A stretch of DNA of 46,439 nucleotides from Ginglymostoma cirratum. Lineage: Eukaryota. The position numbers and the translations under genes are program-made. The stretch covers positions 102,929 to 149,367 of the forward strand of contig JAHRHZ010000027.1 in the NCBI GenBank assembly GCA_024137785.1, given 5' to 3'. Positions 36,101 through 46,439 of this stretch are shown here, piece after piece. The notes under the pieces were generated by a model. It searched no databases, was not told the DNA's origin, and saw nothing but the letters and a program-made list of their open reading frames with translations. The stretch's first letter is position 1. Every line of letters starts with the position of its first letter.

Positions 36101-39100
36101 TCAGGATAGAAACCATTCACTATATCATGACGTAGCTCTCAGAAAGGAAATGGAGCTGGATTGACATCAGGTTGTTACGTTAGCTGTTTTAACAAAATAT
36201 GCTGTTTTTGTTGGATGGAAATAAGAACAAGGGCTACGCACCCACAGTTTGCTGGCCCTCAGATCCATTATCTATCACAATTACTTCACAGCTACATTCA
36301 TCCCATTTCATGACATTTGCGAATGTCACATTTACCTTGCGCTTTTCCATCCTGGTGTGGCACTGTTGGAAAAGTTGTTTTTCTGTGAGTGAAAATGGAG
36401 AATTACATTAACAAATCTTTTCAGTTTAGTATCACTTGGGAGGAACATCTTGCAACTTTGGTCAAGTTTGCAGTGAAGAGGCCTTCTTCTTAATGCTGGT
36501 CCCAGTCTGATGTTAAGAAATACCAGGTACAGTGCAGTGTAGAATCACAGATGGAGTCATAGAGACACACAGCACAGAAACAGACCAATCTGTCCAATTT
36601 GGACCAAACATTCCAATCTAACCTTGTTCCATTTGCCAGAATTTGGCCTATATTCCCTTCCTATTCTTTATCTATCCAATGCCTTTTAAATGTTGTAATA
36701 GTACCCTCCTCCACCCAAGAAGTCAAAATTTATTATCAATGCAGAATGGAGTATTGTTTAGAGAAGGTGTGTTCACATGATGTTATTTGCTACGTCCTTT
36801 TGGCTGGTACAAGACATTAGGTAATTGTGAAGTAGTGATGTCAAGATTTTCTACTTAGATCCTCCAGGTATTGACATTGTCATAGTATGTCTACAGGCAG
36901 GACGTTGTTAAAGGTGAGATGGTTCAGAAAAGATTTCCAAGGATGTTGCTGGGACTGTAGGGTTTGAGCTAAAGGGAGAGGCTGAATAGGCTGGGGCTTT
37001 TTTCCCTGAAGCATCAGAGGCTGAGGAGTGACCTCATAGAGGTTTATAAAATCATGTGGGGCATAGACAGGTTGAATAGCTGAGATCTATTTCCTTGAGT
37101 GGGTGAGTCCAAAACTAGAGGGCAAAGGTTTAAGGTGAGAGAGGGAAAATTTAAGACGAGCCTAAGAGGCAACCTTTTCAAGCAGAGGGTGGTGTGTTTA
37201 TGGAACGAGCTGCATGAGGAACTGGTGGAGGCTGGTACAATTCCAACATTTAAAAGGCATCAGGACAGATATATGAATAAGAAGATTTTAAAGCGAGATG
37301 GACCAAATGCTGGCAAATGGAATTAGGCCAGATTGAAATGTCTAGTCAGCCCAGACAGGTGGATTGAAGAGTCTGTTTCCGTGCCCTATACCTCTATGAC
37401 TTTATCTGTGACTCTATGCCCCTGAGATGGTGTGTCCTATATTCAGTCAGCCAGTGGTGGAACAACTGGGTGTTCATCTGATGACAGCTGAACATTGTGT
37501 CACGTTAAGTCAATTCTTGAAAGAGATCTTTCCTTTTCATTTGCAATGTACATACTCATTTTGCATACTACACTTCTCATTTCCACGCTCTTTGTCCAAG
37601 CTGCTGGCAATAAGCCTCAGAAATTGTAGTCTGACATAAACATTGAGGAATTAAACCATTGAATTTACAGTGGTGGTAACAGAGGTAAAAGAAACAAAAT
37701 ATCAAACAAAATTAGAATAAGAAGCAAAATATTAAAGAGAAATAGAGAGTGTTGGACGCACGCAGCAAGTCAGGCCTTACTTTTGGAGAAAACAGATGAG
37801 GGGCTCCCCCACATATGTGGCCAATATTTATTTGGTCATATCTCTTTGCTGCTTCTGAGATTTTTCTCCATAGAAATCAAGTGCTTAATTTCCTGTTTAT
37901 GACACTGACAAACATTCAACGGTACTTTCTTGACTGTAAAGTGCTTAAGGTCACTCAAAGATCATGAAAGGTGCTATATAAATGTTAAAGCTTCCTTCCG
38001 TTAAACAAGTGCCCAAGAACCAATTGTGAACACACACTGACTCTTTGCTATTCTGTATATCGCAGTCCTGTTTACATTGTGGTCGGTGTACTGGGGGCCA
38101 TGCTCATTGTTTTTGATGTTTCACTGCTTTTGTACCTGAGGCAAGTCAACAAGGGTGAGTTTCAATTTCTCCTCAATCATTCCATTATATGTCAATAACT
38201 TGTTGCAGATTAAAAAGGGATTGCAGTTCATTGTAATTAGCAAATGTTAATTAACAAACTTTCGTATCCTGTTGCACATTCTGATCCACATGGATTAAAC
38301 ACAATAATAATTATTGTTTTGAGCGGACAACAGGTGGATTCTGGTGGAAGTATCAGTCAACATTGGTTTAGAATGACAGAAGTGAATGACGGGAAGGGAT
38401 GAGGTTATATTGACATTTAGATAGATCTTGATTTTTCATATTTTTAACATATGAACATTGCAACTGCAAGTACTGAGGACATAGTAAGTTGAATTTCTTC
38501 CAATTGATCCAATGGTAATCAGTTCAGTCAAATTCAGGAACAATACTTCCACTTTTAGAGATTTAGCTTGAGAGTCAGATGACCAATATTGAAATCCTGA
38601 CTGACTGCCCAATTTGGTTCTAGATTCTCATTAGGATCTTGTCAGGTTAAAACCTGATGTGGAACTCAGCAGGTCTGTTGGCATCCGTGGGAAGAAAGCA
38701 GAGTTAACATTTTGAACCCAGTGTCACTTCATCTTCATCTGCCAGATCTGCTGAGTTTGTCCAGAAACCTGTTTTTTTTTCCAGATCTCTAGCATTCACA
38801 GTTCTTTGTTTGATAAAATCTAATGAGGTTTAGTTTTCTGTAAAGTAGATCTCTGTTAAAACCAGGTTGATTCTTTCTCTATTATTTTTGTTTATTTGAG
38901 GGGAAATCTTTCAGCAAGTGGTCTCTTTTCTATGAATGCCTAAATTCCCTGAGTTACCAAAAATCAACAACATTGGTCTCCGCTTTCAATGTATCCAGTT
39001 TTTGAGTGTTCACGGCTGTCTGGGTAGCAGCTTCTGAAGTTTCAGTGACTTTTATGTGAATGCATTTCTCCCAATCTCAGTCCTAATTTGGCCCACCCTT

Positions 39101-42100
39101 TTTCCTGATTCTGTGACATTGGATCCAGAATCCCCAGCTGAAGAAAACATTTTCTCAACATGTTTCCTGTCAAGTGTGGCACAATGGCTCAGTTTTTAAC
39201 ACTGTTGCCTCACAGCACTAGAGACCCAGGCTCAATTCCATTCTCGGGTAACTGTGTGAAATTTGCATGTTCTCCTCATCTGCATGGGTTTTTTTTCGGG
39301 TGCTCCAGTTTCCTCCTACAGTCCAAAGATGTTGGACGTGTTCAATTGGCCTTGCTAAATTGACCAGGAATGTGCAGGTTAAATGGGTTAGCCATGGGAA
39401 ATTCAGAGTTACAGCAATACAGTAGGGTGTGTGGGTCTGGGATGTTCAGAGGGTCAGTGTGGTCTTAATAGACTAAATGGCCTGCTTCCACACTGCAGGG
39501 ATTCTATTATTCGAAGTGCCTTCAGAATTTTAGACGTTTCACGGCATTACTTCTCATTCATCTAAACTCCAGAGGATACACACTTATCCTACTCAAGCCC
39601 TCCTTGTAAAACAATTTCCATCCAGTACAGTGAATGCGAGAACAAGTGGGTCCTTTGAGGAGACCAATGCTACAATCAGCACTGCCACTATGTATCACTG
39701 TTTCCCCTATTTTTACATTTATCCTTTCGTAACAAAATATAAAGTATTACTTGCCTCCTTGTGGCTATGAATTGAAGGACATGTAGTGCAATAATAGCAT
39801 TGCTGCCTCTGTACCAGTATTCTTGAGTTCAAGTCTCAGTCTAAGACTTGATAGAATGGAAGTGTGTTCATAAGGCAGCAGCCAAACAGGTGAAGTGTCA
39901 GCTTGTAAACCCTTCCAACATTTCCAACATGTGCTAACTCTGGGGGAGATTCCTATTGAGTAATGTGAAGGAAAGAAATTGGAGCTTCTTCCATTATGAC
40001 CCATAGCTGCTGCATACATGTAAATGTTTATGTTGCCACAGCAACTGAGACCCACTGGGTGGGACAGAGAGGGGGTGGGGAAGCAGTTGGCAGGAACAGA
40101 TTGAATTGACACCTGGCATAGATTGGTGCCAACAGCATGGGGTTCAATCCCTGCCCTGGCTCAGGACATATTCAGGAAGTTTGTTCTTGCCCTACACATT
40201 GGGTGAACACCAAAATGCGGTGGGTCAGACCTGTCTTCATGCACCGAATTTAAGAAGAAGAAAAGACCAAATCAATGAAAGGCTGCAACATGTGATCGAT
40301 TTAGCCATTGTGAAAATATCCTCCATTCTCATCACAGATATTTCAACTGCAATGTTGTAATTTTTCAGGTAAAGACGGTGTAGGTGATAGAACAGCTAAT
40401 GCTTTTGAGAATCAGGTAAGGAGATCAAGTATCAATTTATTGAATAATGATCAGAAATTTACATATTGAACTAACAGCACAGAAACATGCCAATCACAAC
40501 AACTGGTTCCTCCCACCACCTCTCGAACTAACCCGATCAACAGAAGCTTCTATTTCTTTTGATATAACAAGGTGTAGAGCTGGATGAACACAGCGGGCCA
40601 AGCAGCATCAGAGGAGCAGGAAAGCTGACGTTTTGGGCCTAGATCCTTCTTCTTTCTTTTGTCCTCTTGTGTTTCTTGACATTCTCCTTAAATATGTCGA
40701 TGCGACTTGACTGAACTAGCTCTTGGCTTGGTCTAACTCTGAATATTCTAATTGATCGGCAGAAAGAGAGGATGAGTTGTCTTTACAATTAAAAATGAGA
40801 TTTTGTTAAGCGTTTAATCGTGACTTCAGATTTGCTGACACTTCCCAACCTGCATTTCCACCTGTTTCTGAAGAGTTCAATGTATTGACACAAAAGCAGA
40901 AAAACATTAAGAATAACAAAAGACGATCAACCTGAATCCTACTGTTCCTCAATGTCTACTTCCACTGGTCACCACTAGGGTGCACACCTTTTGTATGAAT
41001 TGTATGTTGTCATCCTTCACTTGGGCTTCTTCAGTCACAGAGTTCCAAATATCTCCCACCCTTTGTGCATAGAGTGATTTCTAATAGCTCACCTGAATGG
41101 CCTGGCCCGAATTCTCAGACAATGGCCCCAGTTTAAAAATCCCCAACTGGTGGAAACAATTAATCCTTATCTACCCTGTCTTGTTCTATTAATACCCTGA
41201 AGATTTCAATCAGATCACTCCTTACCCTTCAAAATTCTAGAGAAAACAGGTATAATTTGTATGATCTCTCCTCATACCTTAACCACAGAAGCCCAGGTAG
41301 CATTCCTGTAAACCTACATTGTACTGCCTCCAAAGCCAATATATCCTTCCTATGGTGTGGTTCCAGATCTGCTCACAGTACTCCCAGTAGGATCTATGTA
41401 GGGTTTTGTAAAACTGCAGCACAGCTTCTGCATCCTTATCATCCAGTCCTCTGGTTATAAAGGTCAGAATTCCATTAGCTTCCTTGATTATTTTCTGTAC
41501 CTGTTCCTGACATTTTAAAGATCTATGCATTCGAAGTCTCAAGTTTCTTTGGACATCCACTATATATGACTTCATATCATCCAGAAAGTATCCTGATCAA
41601 TCCTTGTACACCCCAAAATGGATCACCTCACACTTGCTTACATTGAACCCCATCTGCCACAATGTTTCCCTATCACTCAGTCTATCAATGTATCCTTTTG
41701 TAAATATATGCTGTGATCTACACTGCAATCATGCCGAACTGCCACTTCACATGCAAGTTGGATAAGTACCTGAGCTAGAAACGATTCGATGAATATATTG
41801 TTGGGGTTAAATGAAGACCGATGTGAACTGGTTCGTGTGGATGAACTTATCAGACCGAGTTGTTCGTTCCAGTGCGAGATAACATAAAACTTTGCAACAG
41901 TTTGTCAATTAATGAATGACAATCTGAAAGTAGATTTCCCCTCTTTGCAAATCAAATCACTGTTAAGATTAATTAAAAATGAATTCAACTTTGTGTTTTG
42001 TTTTAGCAAATGGTAGGAGCTGAAGAGAACATTGTATATTCAACTATAAAGCACAAACAAAGTAGATCAAGAGGAATACAGAGTGAAGGAACTGCCTATT

Positions 42101-42306
42101 TGAAGAATAATACAAATGGAGTCATATATGCAGAGCTGCAGTTTCAAAAGAAGTCGTCAGCACGGAGTGGTGAGACAACAAGTTACTCAGTTACCAGGGG
42201 CAATGCCAAGGTTCAAAGCCAGCTCCCAGGGAGCAATGTCGTAACTCCAAAAGTAGAGAATTTACCAGAATCTGAAATGCCAATTTATGCTGAAATTAAG
42301 TTCTAG
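24094..42306 (+). CDS. Multi-exon type I membrane Ig-superfamily inhibitory receptor (CD300/pIgR-like V + FcR-like C2 domains, MDIR-like); architecture L-V-C2-V-C2-stalk-TM-ITIM tail, ~610 aa
   Basis: join(24094-24130,27039-27359,29182-29505,31011-31319,34485-34811,35512-35590,38066-38154,40369-40415,42007-42306). All introns are GT-AG and phases match (1,1,1,1,1,2,1,0). Total 1833 nt, open to TAG. Signal peptide, four Ig domains, hydrophobic TM and tyrosine motifs occur in the expected order. Confidence 0.85.
27039..27359 (+). CDS. Exon 2: Ig V domain 1, CD300/pIgR/TREM-type
   Basis: ctccccAG acceptor; GRSITIPCEY, KYWCHGWTTYC (extra C-C' cysteine pair), EDAGWYSC; donor G|GTACAT. Confidence 0.92.
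29182..29505 (+). CDS. Exon 3: Ig C2 domain 1, FcR-like
   Basis: tttctcacAG acceptor; EPVSDP, SCESAQGSLPIQYTW, YYCTASN; donor G|GTAAGC. Confidence 0.92.
31011..31319 (+). CDS. Exon 4: Ig V domain 2 (12 nt shorter than V1)
   Basis: cttttcAG acceptor; GRAITIECHY, KFWSRQC, EDAGWYSCG; donor G|GTATAT at the same position as in V1. Confidence 0.9.
32030..32445 (+). mobile_element. CR1-type LINE 3' end
   Basis: ERLDRLGLFSLECRRLR, TRGH..K.RGGKF, typical 3' tail. Confidence 0.8.
33065..34235 (-). mobile_element. HE1-type SINE interrupted by a PLE-derived insertion
   Basis: SINE tail at 33065-33198; body resumes at 34135-34235. Confidence 0.7.
33199..34134. mobile_element. PLE-derived element with ~240-bp terminal inverted repeats and 14-bp TSD
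   Basis: 33199-33439 is the reverse complement of ~33890-34130; TSD CATCCCTGGACTGT at 33185-33198 and 34135-34148; interior matches the PLE at 45592-46439. Confidence 0.88.
34485..34811 (+). CDS. Exon 5: Ig C2 domain 2, FcR-like
   Basis: ttttccacAG acceptor; EPVSVP, SCESVQGSLPIQYTW, YYCTASN; donor G|GTAAGC. Confidence 0.92.
35512..35590 (+). CDS. Exon 6: Ser/Thr-rich stalk (GADYCSEISTVSVTTSSSKDVSQLGIS)
   Basis: tgtttcaacAG acceptor and AG|GTGCAA donor; supplies the phase 1 to phase 2 change needed to join the C2 exon to the TM exon. Confidence 0.7.
35670..36090 (-). mobile_element. Non-LTR retrotransposon 3' end
   Basis: Similar to 1-280 and 45190-45535. Confidence 0.75.
36910..37400 (+). 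mobile_element. CR1-type LINE 3' end
   Basis: ERLNRLGLFSLKHQRLRSDLIEVYKIM...KTRGQRFKVR...QRVVCLWNEL. Confidence 0.85.
38066..38154 (+). CDS. Exon 7: transmembrane segment (PVYIVVGVLGAMLIVFDVSLLLYLRQVNK)
   Basis: cgcAG acceptor, ~23 mostly hydrophobic residues followed by R/K, donor G|GTGAGT. Confidence 0.85.
39177..39510 (+). mobile_element. HE1-type tRNA-derived SINE
   Basis: ggcacaatggctcagt...gcctcacagc...ggctcaattcc head, same body as the 15960 copy. Confidence 0.8.
40369..40415 (+). CDS. Exon 8: short cytoplasmic exon (GKDGVGDRTANAFENQ)
   Basis: tttttcAG acceptor, CAG|GTAAGG donor; converts phase 1 to phase 0 as required for the last exon. Confidence 0.75.
40561..40652 (-). mobile_element. 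Short PLE-tail insertion (same family as 19678-19819 and 28192-28245)
   Basis: ataacaaggtgtagagctggatgaacacagc...gctgacgttttgggcctagatccttct. Confidence 0.7.
41030..41690 (-). mobile_element. CR1-type LINE RT/3' fragment
   Basis: HRSLKCQEQV..IIKEANGIL.FI.RG...YKTL.R..EYC.Q.W motifs. Confidence 0.8.
42007..42306 (+). CDS. Exon 9: cytoplasmic tail with ITIMs (IVYSTI, VIYAEL) and terminal ITIM-like PIYAEI
   Basis: tgttttgttttAG acceptor, open to TAG at 42304-42306; two motifs fit (I/V/L/S)xYxx(I/L/V). Confidence 0.88.
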   Translation, partial: QMVGAEENIVYSTIKHKQSRSRGIQSEGTAYLKNNTNGVIYAELQFQKKSSARSGETTSYSVTRGNAKVQSQLPGSNVVTPKVENLPESEMPIYAEIKF

Positions 42307-43794
42307 GAAATCTTTTCATGTGGATTTGTGATGACCACTATTTCATTTTACTTTGAAATCTATTTCCATCCTCCATGAACCACGAACCTATTTTGTCTAA
42401 TCCTTCTTTCATCTCAGTTGTTACTTCTAATTCCACTCCTATTCTCAACAGGCTGTCATCAATAAGTGTATCCATTTCTGAGGTCCTTTTTGTTTTAGAT
42501 AAATGAAAGTGTCACAGTGGTTCCAACGTTGAGCCTTGTGGTACCACGTTCAGTACATACTCATCATACCATGTACACATCCCCCCACAATATAACAGCT
42601 CTCAGTAGTCAGCTTTGGTTTTTTATCAAACTCTTGTCTTTAAGGTAGAATGTTATGGATCTACTTCAGGACTTTGTCAAAGAACTCAAGCTAGCATTTC
42701 AATTCCCCTGAGGGAATGCGACCTCTTCGTGAACCCAAATCTCTATCTGGGTTCAAAAATTTTCAATATATTCAAAGGTAAGAACATAGGTGGGAAAGGG
42801 AAAGCAGCGTAAGATCTTGTCGGATAAAGACTTTGGTAGGTCTCCTCACTCTCTTAGTAACTTTGTCTATTTTACAAACACAACTTGTGCATGATTGTAA
42901 CATGAGGTAGATTACATGTTTCTGAAGACATGAGCCTCTTGCCTTTAAAATTCACTTGTGGGTTTCGCCTCTCACTGTCAACTCAGTTAATGCCTTCCTC
43001 TGAGGGTAGATAATTCCAAAGTTAAATGCACCCAGGGGCATTTTGAAAGGAGAATTAATTTATCTTCTTACCTGTGACGACAAATCCTGAATTTTGTTTA
43101 GACCATTTGACGCTAGCTTCTGTAATTACACTGGCCGAGGAAATTGTTGAACTTGCTGACTAGGCCACCCAACAATAGAATGGTTCCCCTCTTGTTCAGA
43201 GAGCTGACTTCATGACAAGTATCACTAGCAGGATGGTACCATCAAGTCAAAAAATGTTCCTTCAATAATGTTTTTACGCCAAAGAGTAATGTGGAATATG
43301 AAGTACAATATTGGTGTGTGACTAAGTGTGTAGGACATATGGCAGATCATATGAACAGCATATCCCTTCAGTTGTTCGCAACAGGCAATGTACTGGGTGG
43401 GAGTCTGTGCCAGTAAGGATAAACGTCAAAAACCATATTCAACATCAGATATGATTCCATAATTGCACAACATTTCCTGAACAATTCTGAATGTGCAATG
43501 AAATTCTCTGACAACTAATTTTAAATTGTTCAGTTCCACACACAGTGTGGTGCAGTTGTGCGGATGAGAAACGACATACATTAATGTACAACGCCCTATT
43601 TGCTGACAGAAAGAAAATGCACGTGCATTGTGTCTTATTTTTCTTCAACGATGATGTGACAGCTGCTATTTTGTTCATTTGTCAGGACAATGCATGGACC
43701 AGTCATTGTCAATTTGCTTGGTCAAGTTTTGTATGCATTTTTTTATCCAATTAGTCAATGTGTCATATCTAAACTGCTGTTTCTTAATGAATAT

Positions 43795-43859
43795 AATAAA
43801 CTATTGGAAATTTACTCACAATTGCCTGATTTTCTGTGTTAAGTAACTGTTACAATAAA
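43795..43859 (+). terminator. Candidate polyadenylation signals of the receptor gene
   Basis: AATAAA at 43795-43800 and 43854-43859, after ~1.5 kb of apparently non-repetitive sequence downstream of the stop. Confidence 0.35.
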
Positions 43860-44084
43860 GCACCAAAATCTAAAAGATGGTATCAGATATTAGAGTAGGC
43901 AATGGCCAGGCAGTATTTGTTTCTTGATAATTAATCCAGAAATTCAGCAAATATTTTGGTGACCGAGGTCTGAACCCTGCCATGGCATGTGGTGGAAACT
44001 GAATTCAATAAAATAAATCTGCAATTAAAAAGTCTATTAAAAATCTATTCAAATCTATTTAAAAACTGTAGAGTCGGGAGGGAG

Positions 44085-45160
44085 TTGCCCTGGATGTCTT
44101 CAACATTGACTCTGGATGCCAGGAAGTCTCATGGGTTCAAATTAAAGATTGGAAAGGACACTTCCTGCTGATTGCCACATACCGTCCTCCCTTGGCAGAT
44201 GAATCAGTACACTTCCATGTTGGACAACTAGTGGAGGAAACACTGAGCTTGCCAAGGGTGCAAACTATACTCTTAGCGGGGAATTCCAATCTCCATCACC
44301 AAGAGAGGCTCAGCAGCAACACTATTGATTGAGCTGATCAGGTCCTAAGGGTCATGCCTGCTCGATTCAATCTGGGCAAGTGCTGAGGGAACTGGCAAGA
44401 AGCAAAATAACATACTTGCCCTCCTCCTTACCAACCTACTGGCTGCAGATGCATCTATCCATGATAGCGTCAGTAACAGTGACCACAGCACTGTCCTTGT
44501 GAAGGCAAAGTCCCACCTTCCTGTCTCGAGAATAACCTCTATCATGGGTGGCACTATTACCATGCTAAATAGGACAGACTTTGAACAGGTCTAGCAACTC
44601 AAGACTGGTCATCCATGAGGCACTGTGGGCCATCAATGGCAGCAGAAATGTACTCCAGCACAATCTGCAACCTTTTGGCCCAGCATATCCTCCACTTAAC
44701 CATTACCATCAAGCCAGGGGTCAACACTGGTTCAATGGAGAGAGCATGTGGGCATGCCAGGAGCAGACCAGGCATACCTAAAAATGAGGTGCCAACTCAT
44801 GAAGCTACCAACCAGGAATTGGTACCAAACAGCACAAGCAACATGTGATAGACAGAGCTTAGCAATCCCACAAACAATGGATCAGATTTAATCTCAGCCA
44901 GAGCCAGTCATAAATGGCAGTGGGCAATTATAAACATAGTGTAGAAGGACATTCCACAAATAACCCCATCTTCAATGATGGAAGAACCCAACATGCCAGT
45001 GCAAAAGATATGGCTGAAAAGTTTGCAGCTATCTTCAGCCAGAAATTTTAAGCAGATGATCCATCTCAGCCTCCTACAAGGGTCCCCAACATTACAGATA
45101 CATGTCTTTAGCCAATTCAGTTCACTCAACATGACATCAAGAAACATATATTTCCCTAGA
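44085..45160 (+). mobile_element. Degraded LINE ORF2 fragment (APE-type endonuclease and linker)
   Basis: IATYRPP.ADESVHFHV, GNSNLHHQE, SNSDHSTVLV motifs with stops. Confidence 0.7.
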
Positions 45161-45189
45161 TATTGAAGACTACTGCAGCCAATGTGTTG

Positions 45190-45535
45190 TAGGCAGACCC
45201 ACAATGCCCTTACAGAGGGAACTGAAGGATTTTGATGCAATGACACTGAAGAAACAGCGATATATTTCCAAGTCAGGATGGTGAGTGGCTTGGAGGGGAA
45301 CTTGTAGCTTTTGGTGTTCCTATGTATCTACCACCCTTATCCTTTGAGATGGAAGTGGTTATATGTTTGGATGTTGCTGTCTAAGGATTTTAGGTGAATT
45401 TCAGCAGTGTATCTTGTATATAATACACACTGCTGGTACTGAGCATTGATGGTGGAGGGAGCAGATGCTTGTACATGTGATGCCAATTAAGCAGGCTTCT
45501 TTGTCCTTAATGGTGTCAAACCTGTTGAGTGTTGT
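45190..45535 (-). mobile_element. Non-LTR retrotransposon 3' region
   Basis: Similar to 1-280 and 35670-36090. Confidence 0.7.
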
Positions 45536-46439
45536 TAGCGCTGGAGGCTGGAGGGGAGTGTGGAGCGACAAGGGAGTCTCCTTGCCTGGCAACCATCCAG
45601 AAACCGATATCCATTTCAAGCCCACCGACTCCCACAGCTACCTAGAATACACCTCCTCCCACCCACCTACCTGCAAAAATGCCATCCCCTATTCCCAATT
45701 GCTTCGCCTCCACCGCATCTGCTCCCAGGATGAGGCATTCCACTCCCGTACATCTCAGATGTCCTCGTTTTTCAAGGATGGCAACATTCCCCCGTCAGTG
45801 GTCGAGAACGTCCTCGACCATGTCTTCCGCATTTCCTGCAACTCATCACTCACATGCCCTCCCCACAATAACAACTAAAACAGAATCCTCCTCGTCCTCA
45901 CATACCACCCCACCAACCTCCAGATCAAACGCATCATCCTCCAACACTTCCGCCATCTACAATCCGACCCAACCACCAAAGACATTTTTCCCTCCCCACC
46001 CTTATCTGCTTTCCAGAGGGACCACTCTCTGTGGGACTCCCTTGTCCGCTCCACACTCCCCTCCAGCCCCACCACACCCGGCACTTTTCCCTGCAACTGC
46101 AGGAATTGCCACACCTGCCCCTACACCTCCCCCCTCCCCCCCATGCCAGGCCCCAAGAAGACTTTCCACATCAAGGAGATGTTGACCTGCACATCTGCTA
46201 ATGTGGTATACTGCATCCGCTGTTCCCATTGTGGCGTCCTCTACATCGGCGAAACCAAGCGGAGGCTTGGGGACCGCTTTGCTGAACACCTACGCTCAGT
46301 TCGCACTAAACAACAGCACCTCCCAGTCGCGAACCATTTCAACTGCCCCTCCCATTCTGCAGACGACATGTCCATCCTGGGCCTCCTGCAGTGCCACAAC
46401 GATGCCACCCGAAGGTTGCAGGAACAGCAACTCGTATTC
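45536..46439 (+). mobile_element. Penelope-like element (RT C-terminus + GIY-YIG), running off the window end
   Basis: KPTDSHSYLEYTSSHP, IPYSQLLRLHRIC, CTSANVVYCIRCSHCGVLYIGETKRRLGDRFAEH; TAA at 45876-45878; short inverted piece at the 5' end. Confidence 0.92.

Noticed and set aside
42088-42195. TAYLKN and TSYSVT as ITSMs
   Set aside because: They do not fit TxYxx(V/I).
45679-46289. 168-aa and antisense ORFs
   Set aside because: Alternative frames of the PLE ORF.

Overview
Eukaryotic genomic DNA, most likely from a shark (inferred from HE1-type tRNA-SINEs, CR1-type LINEs and Penelope-like elements, PLEs). The main structure is a ~29.5 kb inverted duplication: arms at ~1138-16155 and ~18572-30590 around a unique ~2.4 kb spacer. 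It places two Ig-superfamily immune receptor paralogs head-to-head. The + strand copy (CDS 24094-42306, 9 exons, all splice phases compatible, 610 aa by my count) encodes leader - V(CD300/pIgR-type) - C2(FcR-like) - V - C2 - stalk - TM - ITIM tail. This resembles the modular domain immune-type receptors (MDIR) of skate. The - strand copy (leader 9080-9116, V 5409-5729, C2 2579-2902) has an in-frame TAA early in the V exon. Identity is patchy both between arms and between the two C2 exons, suggesting gene conversion. The inner arms and spacer hold an unidentified decayed coding sequence with a tentative, by-eye resemblance to hyaluronidase. The rest is retroelement debris, including PLEs with hammerhead-ribozyme cores. 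There is one assembly gap (411-568). All alignments and counts were done by hand.
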